Assembly: GCA_002269645.1 (NCBI GenBank)
Contig: NIVC01004134.1
Span: 1 to 29,030 of the forward strand
Direction of reading: 5' to 3'
DNA length: 29,030 nucleotides
From: Macrostomum lignano
Lineage: Eukaryota
Part shown: positions 10,600 to 20,800 of the stretch, piece by piece
Layout: every line of letters begins with the position of its first letter
Position numbering within the stretch: position 1 is the first letter of the stretch
The notes under the pieces: generated by a model
Told to the model about the DNA's origin: nothing
Databases searched by the model: none
Seen by the model: the letters and a program-made list of their open reading frames with translations, nothing else
Made by a program: the position numbers and the translations under genes

Positions 10600-11637
10600 G
10601 GCCTAGTTAGTATATCATCAGGTAACCAAATTTGTTAACAATAATAATGCATGGTAAAATACACTGAATTTGTCAATGACAATAGAGTTGAAGAATTAGA
10701 TGTTGACAAATTTGATAGCACCTAGGACCTAGGGGGCCTATGCTAGTAAAGGTCTAAATATATATTCATGATTAAGCCCTATGAATAGGTCTAAAAACAC
10801 ATAATTGTGATTATTACTAATATGTGATGATCACTTAACTAGGCCTAAAAATATCATTAACCAATAACAGTATTTTCACTTATAATTATTATAAGTGCTG
10901 TGTCATGCCTGTGCTGTGGGCTGTGTAGGCCCTATTTCTACTTCTAATATGGCATTGGGTTGGGTTGTTGTTTGTTGCTTAGAAAGCTTGGCTGTTTGGG
11001 AAAGCTTTGCCCCCCCCCTCCTCAAAATAGTTCCAGGTCCGCCCTTGGTTAAATGACTATGGCCTATTGGGTACCTTTGTCGCACAACATTCAATTTTAC
11101 TTTCAAGGGCACTAGGGCAGCATTTGATGTGATTTCATTTGATGTATGATTTATGAATTCGGTTATCAGTTGAGGCGCTTGTTGGTAGGCTTACCAAGTT
11201 TAGGAATTTTTACTAGCTAATCATTACGCCATTTAAGACTTGATAGTTAAACTTCGTCGTAATGTTGATCTCAAATCGTGAGTCACAGAAGACAAAAATT
11301 TTGAATTCAAAAAACGACAGTATATTTATCTACCTATGTAACAAGACTCGGGCTTTATTAAAATGCTAAGTTTTTATTTATTTTTATAATATTTTAAAGG
11401 CTTGAAGAAAATTGAATTACGAAAATTTGTTTTTTTACAAACGCGTGAATTGGCCGACGTTTCCCTCATCTTCAAAAAGCCCAGTTAATTTTTTAACAAC
11501 TCAGTATATCTTTTATGTACGGATCTGTGCTAATCTGAAATTAGATACTTACGCATTTCGTAACTGAGCAAGAATAAATATTCGATGGTGTCGAATTAGT
11601 GAAGAAATTTTATGTACATGTATATATCGGCACAAAT

Positions 11638-11890
11638 GACTGTGTAGGCCGCGCGGTAAAGTGCGGCACGGGCCCGCTGCGCGTGGCAGCTTTGGTACGT
11701 GTGATCGAACCGCGCCACTGCCACCCCCTGTAGCCCGTGACGTGTGCCTAGAAGGCGATGACAGTAAAATGGAGGAGCTATAGAGAGCTTAAGAACTTTC
11801 CCCGCAAAGTTAAATATACTCGGACACGAGACTCCACCTATCTTTCCACTACGGGCCGGAGCTTGGCCGTAGGCTTGAGGCTATGAAAAA
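11638..11890 (+). mobile_element. tRNA(Leu-like)-derived SINE or tRNA pseudogene head (11638-11723) plus CpG-rich body; 3' boundary uncertain
   Basis: A-box-like TAGGCCGCGCGGTAAAG; T-arm GTGTG-ATCGAAC-CGCGC; 3' CACTGCCA resembling eukaryotic tRNA-Leu ends. No intact anticodon arm. Confidence 0.45.
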
Positions 11891-12461
11891 ATGTAGACCA
11901 TGCATTGAAACTGGTTTTCGTGTTCCATATCCTTTATTGCTGTTGTAGAGAGAAGATATAATAAAGGGATAGCCAACAAAAATATCTGCTACAATGTTCA
12001 AAACCTATGCCCAGCTTTTAATTTGATTTGAAACATTTAAAATATTTCTATCAGTCGATTACACATACCTTATTGTTGTATGCTCTCCTTGAAAATGGAA
12101 CATATATATTTAAAAACTTGACTTAGTACAACAAAATAATTAAATAAAGTTCTTTACTACGTTCAAGCAAAAAGTTCCTCTGTTCTCATGGAACAAAAAT
12201 TATATCGAAAATTAAAACAAGATGCTGTCTCAACTTTATTAACTGGCGATGGATCGAGTTGCCCCTCAAATGCAAGTTTGAAGAACAAATTAGATGGCGG
12301 CGTATAACGCGCGAGTATAATTGAAAAAAAGAATGAGATTTCATTTAAATTGTATTCTTGCTATAGTATAAGATAAAATGAGCAGCGGAAAAAATGCACT
12401 AAGTAACTGATAGAACGCAGGCCCAATCGGTCCAGCAAAGTTCTGTCAGCACCATCGGGTC

Positions 12462-15400
12462 CTATGCGCAGTCGCCAGCCGGTAAAGAATGTTCAAAACT
12501 GTCACTGGTGTCAGCATCGCTAGTCGTTTGCTCCACTAAGCTGAGCTGGCAAGTGATGCTGACCAGAGGAGGCACTTCCTGCTCGAGTTCCGACAGATGA
12601 GGCGAGCCGAAGCACCGTGCATTGCTGCTAGACGGGCAACTTCGAGAGCTGCAGGATTGGGCATCGAGCGGCGAGCTTCTTACGCCTTCGTTAGCCTGTT
12701 CGACCCGCGGATCCGAGTCTGCAGTCTGGATGGATTGGAGAGAAAGCAGCTGATCCGCGCTAGATGATGCCAGCTTGTCGCCAGCCGCCTGGGGCAGTAG
12801 TAGCTTTCTGCACGTATCGCTCACCTGATTGAACTGGTTGCCGAGGGTGCGCAAGCTGGTATCGGTGCTGCTGCTCTCACTCGATGCCGTTTCCTGATTT
12901 GAGAAGTACGGCTGATGCGGTGGCTCACGCTGCAGCGTTTTCGAATCTTTCTTCGAGTCTTCGGTATCGGAGGCCAGGTGCAAGTTTAGATTGGTGCCCA
13001 GCTCTGGACAGTGTGTGATGACGCATTGTAAGCTGCAGTACTTTGAGGATAATCGTTTAGACTTCTCGGTCAGCGATGCTTCGATTGGTTTTAGACACTT
13101 TGCACAATCAGTTGCACCGATAGATGTCAGAGGAGTGACGTCACAGTTATTGAATTCTATTGCTTGTTCATCTAAGTCATTGCTGAATCGATCGCTCTGT
13201 CGCCGGCTTTGTATAGCCAGATTGGAAGCTACTTGCAGCTTCTCAAGAAGCTCATTGCTTCGGCCTCGACGGGCTGTTGAGCCTCGACAGGACTCGGCCC
13301 TGTAGAAGCAACAGGGCGTCCAGGTCTGCTCGACGCCCGAATTAAACAATTTCTGTCTGTTGCCGCATCGCTGATGCAAACAGAGGCTTGACCTGACGAT
13401 TGCTGCTTCTGGGTGCTGCGTGGTATTCAGCATAGATAGATTCAGATGTCCACCTGCCAGTTCAAGAGTCGAACCCAGTAGGCAGCAGCTTACTATTAAT
13501 CTCTTGACAATGCGGGAGCTGATGCATCTGGCAAATCGAAATGCGATAGCTCTATTAGTGCTGATGTTTCTCTCTGGCTCGGCTGGGATTCGATTGTCTG
13601 CCCTGATCAGCAATCCGCCAAAATGAGTCAAGAGACTTGCAGATTCACTCGCTGAGTCGGGCAGCATTTTCTCTAGACTGACGAATGCCAAGCTTTGTCT
13701 AAACAGTTGCGCATGTTTTAATGGTCTCCAAGAACAGAAAATTTGCTCAAAAATACAACTGGGAAGCTCAATCTTATGCTGCACAGCGTCAGCAAGAGGC
13801 TCCACAATTTGAACTCGACTACGTCGATGCAGTGCAGTCCGCTTTTTATTAACGCTTTTCGCTACTCGATTGAAACCTTCGCAACCAGTGGTTAGCCAGT
13901 CTGAGACATTTTGCTGCTGACCATGCAATGTTGACGGTAAGCGAAATTTTTCCTGCAACGCATCGGACGATATTGAGCTGCGCGTTTGAGAATGCTGCAA
14001 TGTATCAGCAGCAACGTCACTTCGACAGTTGTTCGGCAGATCGGAACTCCAATTGCAAGTCTGACTGGCGCAAAACACCGGGCTCCGTTCACGTCTATTG
14101 GTCCTTGGCAATGCAGTCTCCGGCTCAAGGATGTGAATCGTTGCTTCTATGTCAACACAGTCGCCTCCTCCCAACTCGTCCCCAGTGTCTGCCAACACCC
14201 AATTTAGCCTTAACTCGTGAGGTGCCTCATCTAACGGAAGCAGAAGATTGGACTCATCGCGTCCGTTAACCACGCCGCTGAATAAATCTTCCGCATAGGC
14301 CGCCGCAGCCGCCGCGGCTGCAGCAGCTTGAGATTCGAAATCCGAGTTTTCACGCCGGGACAACCGCTCTGTGACAGCCTTAGAATGCTGGCAACCAGTT
14401 GGAGCTAAGTGCGAGTTCGCTTGAGCTTCTGACATTGACCGTTGCGATGAATCGCTTGAACGCGAGAACGAAGAGATTTCAGCACCGCTGAACCGGTGAT
14501 GATACAACGCTTGCGTGCTCAGCTGAGACACATTGGTTGGACGTTGTTCGCTGCTAATTTCCTCATCTGTTGAACAAGTGCTAGTGCCGATATTATCGAC
14601 ATTTTGATAGACTAACTCGCCTTGAATTCGTTCAACGCTGAATCGCTCAGACAGGCTGCGCTCAGATACTGGCGTTGCAGTTGCACGAATCTGCGCTTGC
14701 TCAAAACTGCCATCAAAGAAGAGCTGATCACATGGTCTGTAGTTTCCTGCATTCGATCTATTTGAAAGCCCACATTTACGGAAAAGTTCTTGGCTTCCAT
14801 ATTTGGACGCAAAATTCCAACCATCGCCACTTCGACTGTGAACACCATTAGCTGACTGAATATTCACAACGTGAGTGTGACAGAACTGCCTTGTTTTTCT
14901 TCTTGGTGGCTTTTCATAGCAGTTGTTGCAGTTTTGCTGCTGCCTACTAAGCGAACTATCTGTGGCAGTGCTGGTTCGCTTACTATGCCGTTTAACTTTA
15001 ACAACTTTTCTTTCGGTCCCAGGAACGCAATCTGGCTTGTCTTTGTGATGATTGGACGAAGATGCTGCAAACTTAAGGCGTTCGTCACCTTTGCTGTCAT
15101 ACTTCTGCCTGCGCCTATCGGCGCGACTGATCTTCTCAGCAATGATCTCCGCCAGCGTGTCCACTATGTTCGATTCAGAGGAGTAGCTGCGCGACTTTGT
15201 CGACTTCTTGTACCACTTTTTTCGTTGCTTGTTTAAATCGTCCTCATTTTTAAGAGCTCGACCAGCCCCAGAGCCGTGAGTTGATTTATTTGTTTTAGCG
15301 CTAGCCGCGCCCGCGGCTGGCGAGGCGACTTCTAAAGTTTCCCCGGCACCTAAGCGGCTTGCTCTACCAGCGAGTATCTCGTGTAGTAGAGTTGCTACGT

Positions 15401-16313
15401 CTGACGGCCGCCGAAGCTCGCGGCGTTTTCTAGAGCACTCTGCTATCGAGGCACCGGCAGATGGAGCTGCATCTGCGATGGACTGATAGGCTTCAGCGCG
15501 ACTTGCACTGCGAGCCAGAACCTCCCGTAGCTCAGCCTGAGATAGTGTTGAAGAATGGCGATTCGTGCGGTGGCGTTGGCTGGTGACAGCAACAGCTGCA
15601 ACAGAGGCTTTAGCAGAAGAAGACGCAACGCGCGCCGGCGGTGGCGGTGTCAGAGTCTTTGGAGGTGGCGTCGGTGGCGGAGTCTGAGACGGCATCGGGG
15701 GCGAAAGCAACTGCTCCGGTGGCGGCGGCGGTGGCAGCTTTTTCCGAGGCGGCAGCGGTGGTAGAGTTTTCCGAGGAGCCGGCCGGGGTGCCCGTCGGGG
15801 CGGAAGCGGCGGTGGCGGACTCCGTTCAGCCGGCCGCGACGCGCGTGACGCTCGAGGCGGCGGAAGCGGAGGCGCCGGCGACTCCGTCGGCTCATGCGGC
15901 ATGGCAACCGACTGCCTGGACGAAACTGATGTTATCCGGTCACCAATGGAGGCGCTCCTTGACGCGGCTGAAAATCTTCCGGTACTCGGTGATCTGCGGC
16001 TTCCTGCCGTCCTCATGCTGCACCCGTCGATCTCGTCTTCATCCTTGAAGTCTTTGACCCAGGCGGACACCGGAACATAGGTCAGTGACCGCCTTCGTCG
16101 ACCACTCGGCCTAGGATTTGAAGAAGCCGATCCGTCCAGCTGAGCGTTGTTTGACAGCTTCGAGCGGAGCCTATGACCACTGCTGAGCGGGGACGGGCTT
16201 TCTTGGGAGTTGCGTCCCTGGCCCCAGGCCAGCAGAAACTTCAACTGCGTGCTCGGCGACATAGGTCGGCTAGCCTGCGATGCACTGTGGTCGCAGTGAG
16301 CTAGATGGTGCAT
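12462..16313 (-). CDS. Uncharacterised 1283-aa protein: largely disordered Ser/Arg-rich scaffold with a proline-rich SH3-ligand region and a C-terminal Cx2Cx19Cx3C (TRASH/FCS/MYM-like) motif
   Basis: 3.85-kb uninterrupted ORF in GC-rich, CpG-retaining DNA bounded by AT-rich flanks. A pyrimidine tract + CAG (TTTTTTATCGCCAG, AG at 16335-16336) lies 21 nt before the ATG. Candidate AATAAA at 12235-12240. No family recognised. Confidence 0.8.
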   Translation of the reverse strand: MHHLAHCDHSASQASRPMSPSTQLKFLLAWGQGRNSQESPSPLSSGHRLRSKLSNNAQLDGSASSNPRPSGRRRRSLTYVPVSAWVKDFKDEDEIDGCSMRTAGSRRSPSTGRFSAASRSASIGDRITSVSSRQSVAMPHEPTESPAPPLPPPRASRASRPAERSPPPPLPPRRAPRPAPRKTLPPLPPRKKLPPPPPPEQLLSPPMPSQTPPPTPPPKTLTPPPPARVASSSAKASVAAVAVTSQRHRTNRHSSTLSQAELREVLARSASRAEAYQSIADAAPSAGASIAECSRKRRELRRPSDVATLLHEILAGRASRLGAGETLEVASPAAGAASAKTNKSTHGSGAGRALKNEDDLNKQRKKWYKKSTKSRSYSSESNIVDTLAEIIAEKISRADRRRQKYDSKGDERLKFAASSSNHHKDKPDCVPGTERKVVKVKRHSKRTSTATDSSLSRQQQNCNNCYEKPPRRKTRQFCHTHVVNIQSANGVHSRSGDGWNFASKYGSQELFRKCGLSNRSNAGNYRPCDQLFFDGSFEQAQIRATATPVSERSLSERFSVERIQGELVYQNVDNIGTSTCSTDEEISSEQRPTNVSQLSTQALYHHRFSGAEISSFSRSSDSSQRSMSEAQANSHLAPTGCQHSKAVTERLSRRENSDFESQAAAAAAAAAAYAEDLFSGVVNGRDESNLLLPLDEAPHELRLNWVLADTGDELGGGDCVDIEATIHILEPETALPRTNRRERSPVFCASQTCNWSSDLPNNCRSDVAADTLQHSQTRSSISSDALQEKFRLPSTLHGQQQNVSDWLTTGCEGFNRVAKSVNKKRTALHRRSRVQIVEPLADAVQHKIELPSCIFEQIFCSWRPLKHAQLFRQSLAFVSLEKMLPDSASESASLLTHFGGLLIRADNRIPAEPERNISTNRAIAFRFARCISSRIVKRLIVSCCLLGSTLELAGGHLNLSMLNTTQHPEAAIVRSSLCLHQRCGNRQKLFNSGVEQTWTPCCFYRAESCRGSTARRGRSNELLEKLQVASNLAIQSRRQSDRFSNDLDEQAIEFNNCDVTPLTSIGATDCAKCLKPIEASLTEKSKRLSSKYCSLQCVITHCPELGTNLNLHLASDTEDSKKDSKTLQREPPHQPYFSNQETASSESSSTDTSLRTLGNQFNQVSDTCRKLLLPQAAGDKLASSSADQLLSLQSIQTADSDPRVEQANEGVRSSPLDAQSCSSRSCPSSSNARCFGSPHLSELEQEVPPLVSITCQLSLVEQTTSDADTSDSFEHSLPAGDCA

Positions 16314-16546
16314 GTTTTACTCAAGTTTAGTCAGCTGGCGATAAAAAATGGTAGTTACACAGATTTCACTGTCTGTCGGAATTCAAATTCTTTGCCTTGA
16401 GACTCAAGTAAAATTCTTTTAATTACTATTTTATTAAACTGAACACAATTATAAATTCACTTGCTATATGATAGTACTTTTTAAGCTCGTTCTAGGCAGT
16501 AAATATAGCCGTCTATGGTAAAAGCGTAAAATCGGGAAATAACCGG

Positions 16547-16905
16547 TGGTGCATGGGCTGAGTAGCGACCAAAGCCTTTGAGTTCGATTCAAAGTCTTTG
16601 GCTACATTAGATTGGGGTTCGAATCCGCTTGAACCATGTGTGACAACTCTCAGTTCACAGCATTATGCATGCTTGACGATAAGAAAGCAAGTATCGGCAT
16701 CCTCGTGTGCGTAGTGCGCGTAGGGCTGAAGGATGGCTGTCGCCTTGATTTGCGGCAGCACCCAAAAGCCTCCTTTCATAAACCAAACAGTGGCAGTCCT
16801 GCAGTCCAAGACCCTACCTGACCGCCAGAGGGCGGCGCTGTTCCAGGCTATTACAGGTTACAGGATTCGGCCCTCGGTTTCCAAGCACAATAGGTGAAGT
16901 TAGTA
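16547..16905 (+). mobile_element. tRNA-derived SINE-like element; cloverleaf-like head 16547-16636 with long variable arm
   Basis: Acceptor TGGTGCA/TGAACCA, D-stem GGCT/AGCC, stem TTTGA/TCAAA with loop GTTCGAT, and B-box GGTTCGAATCC. A CpG-rich body follows, then a TACTTTT-type tail (about 16880-16906). Confidence 0.55.
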
Positions 16906-17868
16906 CTTTTAATATACCTACTTTTTGAGTTGAAAAAAGAATAGGCCAAATTCAAAACAGTTTTATTTTACAGTTGCCAAACAACGATACACAAAACAAC
17001 CGATAAAGGCGAACAGTGATAAACTAACGCACTAATTTAAAAGATATATTTTTGTACAAGTGTCACCATTAAACAATTCAACTAGTGAAAGGAATTCAAA
17101 ACAAGTATCAATTTCAGATAATGCATAGTATATAGAGCGCAAATTACATTTTTATTTATTGGAGGCTCAATGAATTTTTGTAACGATATGATTATGAAGT
17201 GAGTAGTTTTCTACCAATTATTACATTCAAGAGAAACACCAAACAAAAATCAAGTTGGCCTATTGGGAGTTCGAGAGTGGTACATGGATTAGTCTGAATG
17301 AGCAATGAAATGTCTTGAGCTCACAGCTAGCACTCAAGTTATTTATAAACTGAACTGTGCCAACGATATCTTATACATGTATTGCATATGAATAGCAACA
17401 ATAAGGAAGATATATTGACGTTAAGCTGAAAATATTATCAACAATCAACAATTTGAGCAGAACAACAACCACAGATAAAATTGGACAATGCATACTTGTC
17501 AAAAGCATATATAATTAAGCTAGTACCTATTAGCCAGCGAAATTCAATATACTAAAGATCAAATTCCTAAACCTCAAAAACAGCTTTAATTAACAGCCGC
17601 GTAACCATAGAAAATGATTGCCTTACCTAGTACGAATTCATAATTAAAGTCTTACAATTCCTCTCGCCCACACGACAGGAGAGTCTCGCAGGCACGTAAA
17701 ATCCTTCAGTTCTAATAGAATTTTTCGATGTTACTGAATGCTGACGGCCTAAAATCTTGAATTTTGCGTGCCACGAGTAGCCAGGGTAGGGTAGTGAGCC
17801 AAATTGTTCGGCATATATTACGCTACTATTAGTACGCTGAAAGAATATTCCAAGCTAACAAGTACAAA

Positions 17869-20800
17869 TCAGAGCAGCAACCAGTACAGCAACAGGCAGT
17901 GCAGGCCAAACAAATATGCGATGACGGCGTTGCGCGCGCTCGGCCGAAGCCTCAACGATCGCCACGGTTGAAGGCATCGACGAAGTCGTCGAACCAACGC
18001 CATCGTTGGTGTTGTTGTCGATTGTAAGCCCGCGAGGGCCTGCTGCTCGTCCATCAGCATTGGAATCAGCACTGATGACTCGTCCAAAGCTGATTGAGAC
18101 GCCGACAAAGTGTCCTCCGAGTCTGGAGGTGGCGGCGACGGCGACGGTCGCAGCGGCTGCGGTGTCGGCGTTGGAGCACAAGGCGCCGCAGACTCCTCCA
18201 TCTGCTTCACCAGAGCCCGAAGCGACTCGCACTCCACAGCCGCCAACTCCAGCTCGTTTAATCGCCGCTGCATTGCATCATTCTCTTCGTCAGGTTCCAA
18301 TGTCTGACAGGCAGCCTCATCAACTGACACCGCCTCGGTGCCAACAGACTTGGTCTCGCAAGTTGGCTGCCTGCTACGTCTCGAGGCCTGTTGAAGCTCC
18401 AGCACTCGGACAGCCTCGCGCAGACGCCTACACTCGGCACAGTCGCTCGCGCTGACCCCGGCGGAGGCGCCAGAGCCAGACGGGGCGGCCGCTTCAAGTC
18501 GGCTGCGCAAATCGCGATTGTCAGCCGCCAGTTCGTCCAGCTGGCCGCGCAGATCGGCCGCCTCCGCTAGCAGGCGCTGCTCCGATTGGCGTTTTGCTTC
18601 GCGAGCCGCAGCCGCCTCCTCGGCGAGGGCGGCCGTCGCCGACTCGGAGCTGCCGTCGCGTAGTCGACGCTCGAGCTTGCCGGCCCGAGCCTCTTCAGCC
18701 TCAAGCGCTGCGCTGAGCCGTTTGGCTTCGTTGAGGTGTCGACTGCGCTCAGATTCGAGCTGGCCCCGGCTGGCGCGAAGCTTGTCAACCAGCTGGTCCA
18801 GTTCCACGTCTTTCTCGTCGAGCCGCAGCTGCAGCTTGTCAATCTTGTCGCGTTCAGCCCTAAGTCGGAACTCCATCTTCTTGGCTTTGGTCTCTAGCAC
18901 GCTCACTTTAAAGCGCAAGCCTTCGTTCTCGGAGCGCAGTGTTAGAACTTCATCCTCGGCTGCTGCAGCCGCAGCGGCATCAACCGCCGATGCTTCAGCT
19001 GTTGGAGCATGCAGGGGCGGCGGTGACGGCGTCGGAGATGAAGACTGCTGTAAGCGCTCGATCGGCTGCGAAGGCGGTGGTGGCGGAGTTGACGACAAAG
19101 GCCTCTCTTCTAGCCGCCGCCGCAGCCTGTCGAACTCCTGTTGAATTCGATTGCGCTCGGCTCGAACCTGGTCCAGCTGTCCTTGGCATCGCGAGTGCAC
19201 AGCACGCAGAGACTGCAGCTCCGATTCGGCTGCCTGCTGCTGAGGCGGAGGCGGCGGAGGTGGCGGCGGTGGCGGTGCTAAAGCCAGGGACATCCGTGCC
19301 GAATCGAGCTCAGCTTCGCTGGCTTCCAATCGTCGACGCAGCTCGTCCACCTCAGCAGCGGCTGCTGACTGAACTTCAGCCAGCTGACTACGGTGCTGCT
19401 GCAGTGTCTCCTGTCGCTGCTGTCGGAGCTTCTTTACCAGAGCGGCGTAGCGCTGCTCCAGGCGCTCTTTCTCAGCCAAACGACTGCGCAGACTGGCTTC
19501 GCTTTCGCCATCGGCGGTGTCCTGACCAGCGCCATACAGTCGCTGCTGTTCGAGACCTGCAGCTTCCGGGACCGCTTCAGTCTGGCTGGCGCAACTTACA
19601 GTAGCCAAAGTAGGTTTTTCAACTTCTTTTTGCTCATTTCTCAGCTCATCGATTAATATTTTAGCTTCTGCCAATTCGTTGCATAAATTATCATTAGCGG
19701 TAGCCGCACTGGCCAGCTCAGAGCGCAGATTATCGATCGTGCATTCAGCTTCAGCCAGTCTATTATTCAAATCCTCCTTAGTCCTGACAAATTCGATGTT
19801 TAAACTGTCAATTCCATTGTTAGCCGCAGTTAGTTGTTGATTTAAATTTTCCTTGTCCTTTGCAAGTTGTTCAATGATGCTTCTAGTTTCTGTAGATTCA
19901 ATAACCATGTCTTCTTTGGCTTTGGTCAATTCGGCCGTCAAATTGTCTATTAGAACTTTTGTCTCGCTTAGTTCTTTTTCTTTTTCTTCTAAAGCGACCG
20001 TCAATTCAGAGTTTAAATTGCCCAGCGCTTCACTAGCATCGCCGTCCACTTTGGTCTTTGTTTTAGCCAATTCAGCAGTCAAATTGTCAATTGTAGCTTT
20101 AGCTTTACTCAATTCTTCGCTTAGTAACTCTTTGTCTCTGATGGCATTGGTCAGTTTTGAATTAGAATCACCCACAAGCTCGAGTTCAGTCTTTGTTTTA
20201 GCCAATTCAGCGGTCAAATTGTCAATTGTAGCTTTAGCTTTACTCAATTCTTCGCTTAGTAACTCTTTGTCTCTGATGGCATTGGTCAGTTTTGAATTAG
20301 AATCACCCACAAGCTCGATTTCAGTCTTTGTTTTAGCTAATTCAGCCGTCAGATTGTCAATTGTAGCTTTAGCTTCAAACAGCTCTTTGTTCAACAACTC
20401 TTTGTCATCTGAGGCCGTTGCCAATTCTGAGTTAAGCTTTTCTATAATGCTTCCATCTTCTTTGGCTTCGGCTATTTCAACAGTCAAACTGTCGCAAGCA
20501 GTTTTGGCTTCAATCAATTCCCTGTTTAGTAACTCTTTGCTTTCAACGGTGACCGACAGCTCGGCGCGCAGTTTTTCAACGGCAGCTTCAGCCGCAATAG
20601 AATTTTCCTTTAACTCGCCAGTCAGCCGCTGAATAGAATTTCTAGCATTGTTGAGTTCAACAGTGAGTTCGTCCGTACGGCGCTTATAAAATGCGGCACT
20701 ATTGTCCAGCTCCCCATCCCCCGCCGTGTCCTCTCCGCCGCAACCCGACGAAGTGGACGCGGCGGCTGCGGGGGTGGCGGCCTCGCGAGTCAGCGTCAGC

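Noticed and set aside
11020-11047. Orphan hAT-like terminus (...GGTCCGCCCTTG)
   Set aside because: No matching left TIR or TSD could be found, so element boundaries cannot be supported.
2808-11112. Short ORFs in the AT-rich interval (2808, 3253, 4572, 5360, 6441, 6884, 8149, 10903)
   Set aside because: They are low-complexity or overlap microsatellites and MITEs, mostly start at non-ATG codons, and contain no recognisable domains.
19594-19599. Perfect GTAAGT donor inside the terminal golgin exon
   Set aside because: The frame is open straight through it and encodes the CASQT motif, and no matching downstream acceptor was evident.
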